DNA of 27,986 bases from a virus (taxonomy: Duplodnaviria > Caudoviricetes). The notes beneath the pieces were generated by a model. The model worked only from the letters and a program-made list of their open reading frames with translations. It did not search any database and had not been told where the DNA came from. Of the stretch, positions 8,938-15,847 are shown piece after piece. Position 1 is the stretch's first letter. The number at the start of each line of letters is the position of its first letter. The stretch is taken from positions 1 through 27,986 of the IMG/VR virus record IMGVR_UViG_3300048861_000148; one strand, given 5' to 3'. Both the position numbers and the translations under genes were made by a program.

Positions 8938-9987
8938 TCAGAAGGAGATGTTTGCACCGGGTTGAGCGACGAAGATGCCATGGCCGTCCAGCAGCGGCTC
9001 CAGCATGGCGGCGTACACGGCCAGATCGTGAATCGAGTCCTTGTGCTTCAGGTCGCTCTTCACGAAGCGCGTCAGCTTCACAATCATCAACTCGAAGAGA
9101 TGATAGAAGTGGTGATCTGCTGCCGAATGGATAACAACGCCATTCGGGAAAAGCGCCTTCATAACCGCGCCGACCAGCACGGCGTTGTCCTTGTAGCTCG
9201 AATTGCGCTCGCGAAAGATCGCGGCTGCATCGGTGAGAACGTCTGCGGCGGTGCGCGGAGCAGAAAGGATTTCGTCCAGAGCCGTAAGGCGTTCTCGCGG
9301 CCCAGGTTGCTTGTCCTGGGCCGCGAGAACGCCCAGGCCTTGGTTGCGGATGTCTTCGACGGACGCGTGCACGTCGCCAACGCGATAGCCCACAGGAGTC
9401 ACGTTCTCGTCAACGTCACAGGCCTCTTTCGGAAGACGGCGCTTGCCGTCGCGGTCGAGCAGCCAGGCGTCGATGCCGGATGAACCGTACATTGCGACGA
9501 TGTCCTGGCGGTCGTCGTACGCCGCGATGATCTTGCGGCCAGACTCCTTCTCGTAAGTGCGGATCCAACCAACCATTTCCGATTTGACGTCCAGCGCGCT
9601 GCGGTTGTCATCGTCCTTGCGCATCAGGATCATGAACTCAGAGACCGGGCTGATGTCGAAGTGCTCTTTGATCCAGTTCACGGTCTTCTCCGCAACCTTG
9701 AACGGACGCGCGGTGCAGAACACGATGAAGTCGCCGTTGGCGATGTGCCAACGGAGAAACGTTGCGCCTTCGTACAGAGGCACATCGCTGTTGCATCCGG
9801 AATGGTAAAAGTCGTACTCCAGCGACGAGTTTGCGCTTTCCGGAATACGTTCGCGACGCCACACGTCATCGGCAATGCAGCCGTCGATGTCGAAGATGGC
9901 GATGTTGTCGTTGATAGTCCTTTCGGGCATTGCTACTCCTAAAGTTCGGTTGATGATGTCGGATCGGTATTTGCGAAAGTCGAGCAT
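8938..9987 (-). CDS. HAD phosphatase (T4 Pnkp phosphatase-like) fused to a C-terminal DUF6378/all-alpha NTP-pyrophosphohydrolase-like domain
   Basis: HAD motifs FDIDGCIAD, CTAR, K, YDDR. C-terminal R.R...Y...KLTRF...HKDSIHDLAVYAAM. Start is either ATG 9987 (TGATG coupling to thyX) or ATG 9930 (AGGAG RBS). Confidence 0.75.
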   Translation of the reverse strand: MLDFRKYRSDIINRTLGVAMPERTINDNIAIFDIDGCIADDVWRRERIPESANSSLEYDFYHSGCNSDVPLYEGATFLRWHIANGDFIVFCTARPFKVAEKTVNWIKEHFDISPVSEFMILMRKDDDNRSALDVKSEMVGWIRTYEKESGRKIIAAYDDRQDIVAMYGSSGIDAWLLDRDGKRRLPKEACDVDENVTPVGYRVGDVHASVEDIRNQGLGVLAAQDKQPGPRERLTALDEILSAPRTAADVLTDAAAIFRERNSSYKDNAVLVGAVMKALFPNGVVIHSAADHHFYHLFELMIVKLTRFVKSDLKHKDSIHDLAVYAAMLEPLLDGHGIFVAQPGANISF

Positions 9988-10826
9988 CACATGCTCTTGC
10001 CGTCTTTGGCCACCGGGTTGGCTTGCGCGATCTCGTCGCGGCTCCAGAACGATATCCGAAGTTCGTCTTTCTGCTTGGACAGGTCCATCCATGGACGGTA
10101 GTGCGGGCACTGGTACTTGAATCCGGGAAGTGTTACCCCGTCTCCGATGTCTGCTGCTACGGGGATTTTTGCGCCACCCCAACGAGGGAAGGCGCACTGG
10201 CCGGTTGCCACGCAGGCGACTTGCAACAGTGGATCGGCCCACGGATGCACCGCTAGGACAGCCGCGCGCATGAGCCTGTAGGTCTGCTGGTACTCTCCTT
10301 GGGTACGGGCGCAGAGACGGTTCTTGGCCATCTCCGACATCGTACGCAGGTTGAACTTGGCCTTGATCGCCGTCTGCATATTCGACGGCAGAACGGCGCG
10401 AGCGTCCTGGAGCGCGGCTCCTGCCGCGATCAGCTGCTTGTAGTGCGCGTTGGCGTCCGCAACGGCGTCCTTGAACAACCTGAACAACTCGTCGTTCATT
10501 TCGTAATTGTCGCCGTGATAGGTCGGATAAAACGCATCAGGCGTTACCGTCTCGGTGACTTCGAGCGCGCGGCTAGTCTCCTGCTGGTACGCGCCAGTAC
10601 GCGTGCGGACGAGTTGGTGGGTGAAGTTCTTGCTGACTTCGGTGATCTCGAAGATGTAATCCACAAACTCGAAGGGTGACTTGATCGTGTCGAGCATGTA
10701 CTGGAAGTGCTCATATCGTTCGGAGTCCGTCATGTCTTCAGGCGACTTGCCGCGCATCCGCGTGGTCTTCGTACCGATGAGCAGGTTCAGAGCGTCTTGG
10801 GTGTGGCTGATGAGGGTTACTTTCAC
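9987..10826 (-). CDS. thyX: FAD-dependent thymidylate synthase-like protein (divergent ThyX)
   Basis: SPFEF, HQLVRTR...YQQETSR, DARAVLP, NLR, RLC..TQGE match the ThyX layout, but the RHRx7S motif is altered. Confidence 0.85.
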   Translation of the reverse strand: MKVTLISHTQDALNLLIGTKTTRMRGKSPEDMTDSERYEHFQYMLDTIKSPFEFVDYIFEITEVSKNFTHQLVRTRTGAYQQETSRALEVTETVTPDAFYPTYHGDNYEMNDELFRLFKDAVADANAHYKQLIAAGAALQDARAVLPSNMQTAIKAKFNLRTMSEMAKNRLCARTQGEYQQTYRLMRAAVLAVHPWADPLLQVACVATGQCAFPRWGGAKIPVAADIGDGVTLPGFKYQCPHYRPWMDLSKQKDELRISFWSRDEIAQANPVAKDGKSM

Positions 10827-10847
10827 TTTCTGTCCTTTCTATTGGCG

Positions 10848-10873
10848 AGGTCCGTATTATCGCATACGGACCT
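10848..10873 (-). promoter_or_regulatory. Perfect 10-bp inverted repeat containing an extended -10-like element upstream of thyX
   Basis: Plus strand AGGTCCGTAT-TATCGC-ATACGGACCT. The minus strand reads TG-C-GATAAT. Confidence 0.55.
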
Positions 10874-10883
10874 GTCCGAAGGG

Positions 10884-11447
10884 TTACTTACCGGCCAAGC
10901 CGCGCAGCTGTTCTTCTACAGCAGCCATTTGCTCTTTGTGCTGTCGCTTCATCGCGGCCATCAAGTCCTTGAGCTTCTTCAACTCGGATTCTTGATTATC
11001 GACAAACGAGATGATCGGACGCGCATCTGCTGCGGTGAACTGAAACAACGCGCCTTCCTTGTCGCGCTCCTGCTTCCCAGGATTCATGCCGAACGATCGG
11101 ATGACGGCGTTGCGGAAGTTGTGGATGGTCACTTCGAAGTCGATGCCGTATCCGAGCGAGTCGCGGCGAAAGATTTCGTATGCCTGATCGTTGGTGTGAT
11201 GGAACGGGTTGTAATCGCCGTATGCCATCATCTTCCGGACAGCCGCGCCAAGCCGTTCTGCCTGATCAGTGGGCAACTGGTTGCGGGTGATTGCGGGCCT
11301 TGTTGGGTCGGAAGGCGGCGAAGCAGGCGGCGCTGCCGCTGCCTTCTCGCGCTCCTGGTTGACCATGAACACACTGCCCGCAGCAGCGTTGACTTTGTCG
11401 CCGTAACTTCCTGTTACGCGGTTCTTTTGCGGAATAGGGGTTTCCAT
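10884..11447 (-). CDS. Hypothetical protein with Pro/Ala-rich linker and C-terminal coiled coil (187 aa)
   Basis: ATG 11447 (METPIPQK) with AGGAG upstream. Confidence 0.65.
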   Translation of the reverse strand: METPIPQKNRVTGSYGDKVNAAAGSVFMVNQEREKAAAAPPASPPSDPTRPAITRNQLPTDQAERLGAAVRKMMAYGDYNPFHHTNDQAYEIFRRDSLGYGIDFEVTIHNFRNAVIRSFGMNPGKQERDKEGALFQFTAADARPIISFVDNQESELKKLKDLMAAMKRQHKEQMAAVEEQLRGLAGK

Positions 11448-11509
11448 CTCTTTCTGCTCCTTTCTTGTCGCCTGTGCGACGGTGGGTAAATACGGTGATA
11501 GAACGCCGA

Positions 11510-11830
11510 CTACAAGTTGCGGTACAGCCAACCTCTTTGATCTTCCTCGCGCTCTTCTCTTAGCACTCTTTGAAACCATTCTGGAGTCCCTGTGCGGTGA
11601 TGGCGCGTGATGTACGATTCGACCGCGCGCTGGATGGCCAGGCCGATATCCTGCGGCGTGATCTTGCTCGCGGGCCTGCGGTCCAATTGGAGCTTGACGA
11701 CAGCGCTCTTACAAAGCTGCTCGATGCGCTGCTTCGAGACGCCGTACTTCAGCGCGAGTTGATCGTATGTCTTGCCTTCGATCTTGTGCTCTGCGAAGAC
11801 TTTGAAGTGGCGTTCAAGAGGGTGTTTCAT
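11510..11830 (-). CDS. HTH DNA-binding protein (sigma70 region 4-like)
   Basis: EGKTYDQLALKYGVSKQRIEQLCKSAVVKL helix-turn-helix pattern. AGGA RBS. Confidence 0.7.
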   Translation of the reverse strand: MKHPLERHFKVFAEHKIEGKTYDQLALKYGVSKQRIEQLCKSAVVKLQLDRRPASKITPQDIGLAIQRAVESYITRHHRTGTPEWFQRVLREEREEDQRGWLYRNL

Positions 11831-11863
11831 TTACTTCCTACAGCAGTTCGTTTCGGTGAGATA

Positions 11864-11892
11864 ATCTTAGCTGACGCTCCCACCGTCCACAA
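11864..11892 (-). promoter_or_regulatory. Putative sigma70-type promoter
   Basis: Minus strand TTGTGG-N17-TAAGAT in the intergenic gap upstream of the HTH gene. Confidence 0.4.
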
Positions 11893-11908
11893 AGCACACT
11901 ACAGTGAA

Positions 11909-12499
11909 TTAAAACTCACCGGGTGCGACCTGGAAGCACGCGACACCGGCATCACGCCACATCTTGACGACCTTGTTGCGGTCATCGAAGACAGCCGCGA
12001 GGCGCGCACGCTCCTGCTTGCCCATCGTGTTGAGCCACTTACGCTTCAACTGTTCATCCGGCGTGAAGTCGTCTGCCGCGCGCATCTTCAGCATCAACTC
12101 CAGCTTGATCAGCGGAATACGAGTGGCCGAATGCAGCCACAGCAGCGTCTTCTGCTTCACAGCATCGCTCCGACCGCTCCAGATACGAACGTCGCAACCG
12201 ACACTGTACAGCTGCATCAGCGTGCCGATGACGGGCCAGTTCGGCAAGTCCTTGTCGCACGCTTCAAAGAAGGCATTCCAATCGGGCGTGCGCTTGACGG
12301 TTTGCTTTCCGTCGCAGACGACGCACGGATGGTTGCTTGCGTCGCTGGTCACAGGATCGAAGCCGGTGCCCTTGCATTCCGTGCACGTCTCGCGCGCTTC
12401 GACCAGGTGACGTCGATGCTCGATCAGCGCAAGCGTTCCGTCCAGATCGAAGATGTACAGCGGGTTGCGCGACTGGGAAGGCTCTGGGAAGTACATCAT
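11909..12499 (-). CDS. HAD phosphatase (Pnkp 3'-phosphatase-like) with inserted CxxC...CxxC zinc ribbon
   Basis: Motifs FDLDGTLA, WSGR, K, FDDR..VV.MWR..G..CFQV. Insert CTECKGTG...CVVCDGK. ATG 12499 with AGGAG RBS. Confidence 0.85.
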   Translation of the reverse strand: MMYFPEPSQSRNPLYIFDLDGTLALIEHRRHLVEARETCTECKGTGFDPVTSDASNHPCVVCDGKQTVKRTPDWNAFFEACDKDLPNWPVIGTLMQLYSVGCDVRIWSGRSDAVKQKTLLWLHSATRIPLIKLELMLKMRAADDFTPDEQLKRKWLNTMGKQERARLAAVFDDRNKVVKMWRDAGVACFQVAPGEF

Positions 12500-12522
12500 G
12501 ATACACTCCTTTTGTAAGGCGG

Positions 12523-12903
12523 TTAGGCTTCGTTCCGTGGGTACGGCTCGCACCACGAGCAAGCATTAGGGTTGTTTGGTCCGGCACAGCCGATGCAGCG
12601 CGGCTGAGGGATGACCAGGCGCTTCGTTACGGCAGGGCTGGGAACCTTCGGCATAGGCGGCGGAGTCCGGTCAGGCACAACGGGATGCCCATCGGACTCC
12701 GAACCAACAGCGCGGTACTGGTCACGGAAGAAGTACGGCCGCAGACCAGGTGAGGTGCAATAGATTTTCTTCTCTCTGAACTCGACAAAGCCAAGCCAGA
12801 CATATTCTCCGTCTGCGACTTCGCGAGGGAAGATGACGAACTTCTTGCGCCACTGCGTTCTTGCTGCGGCCTTCTCGCTTCGAGTCAGAGTCTTGAATTT
12901 CAC
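12523..12903 (-). CDS. Hypothetical protein (Pro-rich, C-terminal CxxC...CxxC)
   Basis: GTG start overlapping the upstream stop (GTGA). CIGC...CSWC. Confidence 0.6.
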   Translation of the reverse strand: MKFKTLTRSEKAAARTQWRKKFVIFPREVADGEYVWLGFVEFREKKIYCTSPGLRPYFFRDQYRAVGSESDGHPVVPDRTPPPMPKVPSPAVTKRLVIPQPRCIGCAGPNNPNACSWCEPYPRNEA

Positions 12904-13115
12904 TTGTCGAATACCGTGGTGTGCGCTCTTGCCGCGCGTTCGATGGCGTTGTGCCGGTCCTTGCCGCTGTAGACGCGCACTTCACCGTTGGGATACTTGA
13001 GAAGGACTTTGCAGGTCATCAAGTGATCTCGCACGATTTCGACATCACCACACTCCAGCAGAAGAACCTCAAGCGCATAATCAACCTTGAGTTTATACGA
13101 CTCGTTAGGCGTCAT
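12900..13115 (-). CDS. Hypothetical protein (71 aa)
   Basis: GAGGTG RBS; operon spacing. Confidence 0.65.
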   Translation of the reverse strand: MTPNESYKLKVDYALEVLLLECGDVEIVRDHLMTCKVLLKYPNGEVRVYSGKDRHNAIERAARAHTTVFDK

Positions 13116-13124
13116 AAGATCACC

Positions 13125-14090
13125 TCAGCGGTTGGCCAATACGAGTTCGCGGCCATACGTCGATGCCGCCATGAGACGTTGCACGATGTCGATATCCTTC
13201 ACCACGTCGTCCAGCAGGATGTTGCGCCAAGTAGCAAAGCGACCGATGCTGAACACGTTGTAGTCGCGCGTCAGTTCGTGCAGCAGCGCCTCGCGTTGTG
13301 CGCGCGGAATCTCCACAATCTTGCCGTACTTCTGGTCCACGCGCTCGATCTCTTCCAGATCGGTCCAGGCATCCAGTCCGAACGCGCTGCAGACGTGCGA
13401 GAGTTCAACCGACTCCGGATAGCGCGGCGCGCACATGACGTCCTTGGTCTTCTGCTCGATAATAAGCAGGTCGCCGGTAATCGAAGCGCGGAATGTGCGC
13501 ACATCCAGATCAGGGAAGTAAAGCGTTTGGAATACGTCCGTGCCACGCGGCAGACGATAGCGGATCACTTCGATGCCGCTGGATTCGAAGAAGACGTTGG
13601 TGGCGACTTCCGGTGCGAGGCCGCACGCCTGGAGCATCACAGGGAGCGGCGCGGTGTTGACGATGCAACCCTTGTTCTGCCGTTCGGTGACCGGGCTGAT
13701 TGCGTGGATCGGACTCTCCCACTGGATGCGCGAACGATGGCGATGGACCAGCTGAGCATAGAAGTCTTCCGGCGCAATGTAACGCACAACCGTGTCGAGA
13801 TTCCAGATGCTGCGGTCAGCCGCGATCTGGCCGGTGACCTTCCGGGCATACGTGTTCGCGAACGCGGGATTGCACTGCCCATAGGTCTGTCCACCAGAGT
13901 GGATTCCTTTGCGGACGGTAACAGCGCGGAAAGGAATGCCAGTGAGATGAGAAACGGACTCATCACGAAAGCGTAGAAGAGCCTTGTGCTGTTCAATTTC
14001 CTTGCCCCTCTCCATGATGCTGGCGTCACCGATCTTGCAGGCCGTAAGGAGTCCTGCGAGTCCAGCGCCGATGATAAGATTCTTATCCAT
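13125..14090 (-). CDS. FAD-dependent oxidoreductase (UDP-galactopyranose mutase/amine oxidase-like architecture)
   Basis: N-terminal IIGAGLAGL...E dinucleotide-binding motif, internal NTAPL, C-terminal SIGRFATWR. Confidence 0.75.
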   Translation of the reverse strand: MDKNLIIGAGLAGLLTACKIGDASIMERGKEIEQHKALLRFRDESVSHLTGIPFRAVTVRKGIHSGGQTYGQCNPAFANTYARKVTGQIAADRSIWNLDTVVRYIAPEDFYAQLVHRHRSRIQWESPIHAISPVTERQNKGCIVNTAPLPVMLQACGLAPEVATNVFFESSGIEVIRYRLPRGTDVFQTLYFPDLDVRTFRASITGDLLIIEQKTKDVMCAPRYPESVELSHVCSAFGLDAWTDLEEIERVDQKYGKIVEIPRAQREALLHELTRDYNVFSIGRFATWRNILLDDVVKDIDIVQRLMAASTYGRELVLANR

Positions 14091-14116
14091 TAGTGACGAT
14101 CACTTTTGTTCAGGTG

Positions 14117-14145
14117 AAGAAAAACCCGGCACTAAGACCGGGTTT
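14117..14145 (-). terminator. Rho-independent terminator
   Basis: Minus strand AAACCCGG-TCTTAGTG-CCGGGTTT-TTCTT, just downstream of the 14171..14920 gene. Confidence 0.75.
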
Positions 14146-14170
14146 CGCATTTTACTGCACGCCGATGGCG

Positions 14171-14920
14171 TTATTCAGCGGCAGCTTGTTCCGGCGCTTC
14201 GTCGGCAGCAGCCGTCACGAAGTCCAGGTGACCGCGCTCTTCGAGCTTCGACAGGAACGAACGCACCGATGCGCCATACAGCAGCGGCTTGCATTCCTTC
14301 GCCAGCGCGTCGATCTCGATTTCATCGCCCACGGCGTAGTTCGTACGCAGATGTTCGAGCACCTTGCCGCGAATCGACGTGGACTGCGGGTTGCTGAAGC
14401 CTTCTGCGTTCAACTTGACATGCGTCGCCTTGGCGCGGCGTTCGCCTTCGATCTTGGTTGCGGCCTTGCGCTGCTCGACCAGTTCCGCACGCTTCGCGAC
14501 TTCTTCGGCACGCGCCTGCTTCGCTGCATTCTTGGCGGCTTCGCGGTCAGCCTTCGCCTTGTCCTTCGCTTCGGCATTTTCCAGCTTCTTCGCGGCCTTC
14601 GCGGCTTCGCGCTCTTCCTTCTTCTTCTCCTGCTCGACCGAGCGCGCCGCCGCACGTTCAGCAGCCTTCGTGGCCTTTTCGGCTTCGCGCTGTGCTGCCT
14701 TTTCTTGGCGTTCCGCTTCCTTCTTGGCGTTCGCCTCGTCGCGTTCCGCCTGCTTCTTCACCTTCGCAGCTTCGCGCGCATCGGCCTTCTCTTTGCGGTC
14801 CGCTTCCTTCTTGGCGTTCGCGGCATCGCGCTCTGCCTGCTTCTTCTGTTCGGCGGTCAATTCCACCGGCGCTGCTTGTTCTTGGGTGTTTTCATGATGG
14901 TGATGATGACCGTGCGACAT
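14171..14920 (-). CDS. Ala/Lys/Glu-rich (histone-like) DNA-binding protein with C-terminal winged-helix-like domain
   Basis: About 140 aa of AKE/R low-complexity helical repeats. C-terminal SIRGKVLEHL...VRSFLSKLEERGHL. Has its own promoter, AGGAG RBS and terminator. Confidence 0.7.
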   Translation of the reverse strand: MSHGHHHHHENTQEQAAPVELTAEQKKQAERDAANAKKEADRKEKADAREAAKVKKQAERDEANAKKEAERQEKAAQREAEKATKAAERAAARSVEQEKKKEEREAAKAAKKLENAEAKDKAKADREAAKNAAKQARAEEVAKRAELVEQRKAATKIEGERRAKATHVKLNAEGFSNPQSTSIRGKVLEHLRTNYAVGDEIEIDALAKECKPLLYGASVRSFLSKLEERGHLDFVTAAADEAPEQAAAE

Positions 14921-14972
14921 TGTTACGTTCTCCTGAGTGTATGAAGGTAAGACAAACTTGTCTTGTGAGGAA

Positions 14973-15001
14973 ATTATACCTGCGTACTTCAGCGCTGAAG
15001 T
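14973..15001 (-). promoter_or_regulatory. Promoter (TATAAT) with a perfect 16-bp palindrome over the -35 region
   Basis: TATAAT at 14978-14973; palindrome ACTTCAGCGCTGAAGT at 14986-15001. Confidence 0.55.
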
Positions 15002-15013
15002 GTTCAGTTATCC

Positions 15014-15127
15014 TTATTGCTTCGAGCCGAAGTCCAGCCAGTCGCGATAACTCAGGATCGACCAAGCCGGATAACGGTTGCGCATGTACTCTTTGTATTC
15101 GACATAGCGAATGAAGACATCGGACAT
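15014..15127 (-). CDS. Small hypothetical protein (37 aa)
   Basis: Manual translation MSDVFIRYVEYKEYMRNRYPAWSILSYRDWLDFGSKQ. AAGGAG RBS and TGATG coupling. Confidence 0.6.
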   Translation of the reverse strand: MSDVFIRYVEYKEYMRNRYPAWSILSYRDWLDFGSKQ

Positions 15128-15375
15128 CACGAATCTCCTTGTGCGACACCAGGAAGTTCAAAGCCTGGGACGCGCCAAAGATTGCCCAGTGCAGCGACGA
15201 TCTTGTCGATGCTAGAGATGTCGGTCTGATCAACGCGGCCTTCGTGCGAAATTATGCGGATGACTTCTAAGCGCGGAATGACCGTCTTCTCAAAGTCGCG
15301 CGCTTCTTCCGCCGTCGCGAATCGTTGGTCAGGCGAGTACGACGAAAAGAATACGGTGGAAGTCTGGATGCTCAC
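15127..15375 (-). CDS. Hypothetical protein (82 aa)
   Basis: GTG start with GGAGG RBS. Confidence 0.65.
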   Translation of the reverse strand: MSIQTSTVFFSSYSPDQRFATAEEARDFEKTVIPRLEVIRIISHEGRVDQTDISSIDKIVAALGNLWRVPGFELPGVAQGDS

Positions 15376-15376
15376 A

Positions 15377-15568
15377 TCAACCTCCAGTTACGTCGGTGTA
15401 TTGCAGACGGCACGAGACAGCCCACTGACGAATGTCTTCTGCAAGCGGCAGGTTGGTGCGACCGATCTCTTCAGCGTACGCCTCCATAGCCTTGATCGAC
15501 GCCAGAGCGTGCGCAACGTCGCTCGAAAGCGGGCTGAGAACGAAGTACTTCATTTGTAGTCCTGACAT
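15377..15568 (-). CDS. Hypothetical phage protein (63 aa)
   Basis: AAGGAG upstream; operon spacing. Confidence 0.65.
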   Translation of the reverse strand: MSGLQMKYFVLSPLSSDVAHALASIKAMEAYAEEIGRTNLPLAEDIRQWAVSCRLQYTDVTGG

Positions 15569-15571
15569 GGT

Positions 15572-15847
15572 TTAACTATCTCCTTCATCCCAAAATTGAA
15601 ACAGCGCCAGTTTTTCTTCGGCGCGCTTGACGATGCGATCATCATCCAGTCCGTGTTTCCAGACTGCGAACTGGATTGCCGCGATGGAGTCGGCAAGTTC
15701 ATCTTCCAGACGCGTACGCAGCGGTCCTTTTCCGTCCCAGTGCGGCGTGTCGATGTCGCCGCCCATCCCATCGATCTTTCCTACTACCTGCAGGGCTTCA
15801 CCAAACTCTTCGACAAGCTTGGCCCTGCCGTTATTCGACATCGGCAT
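15572..15847 (-). CDS. MazG-like nucleotide pyrophosphohydrolase
   Basis: KLVEEFGE..Q...K and LEDELAD (EExxE...ExxD) MazG signature. Confidence 0.75.
   Translation of the reverse strand: MPMSNNGRAKLVEEFGEALQVVGKIDGMGGDIDTPHWDGKGPLRTRLEDELADSIAAIQFAVWKHGLDDDRIVKRAEEKLALFQFWDEGDS

Noticed and set aside
9988-10242. N-terminal extension of ORF 8938..10242
   Set aside because: It overlaps thyX in another frame; better starts exist at 9987 and 9930.
14460-14860. Repetitive GCTTC/CTTCG-rich DNA as a possible repeat array or CRISPR
   Set aside because: Explained by Ala/Lys/Glu codons of the histone-like protein; there is no constant repeat-spacer period.
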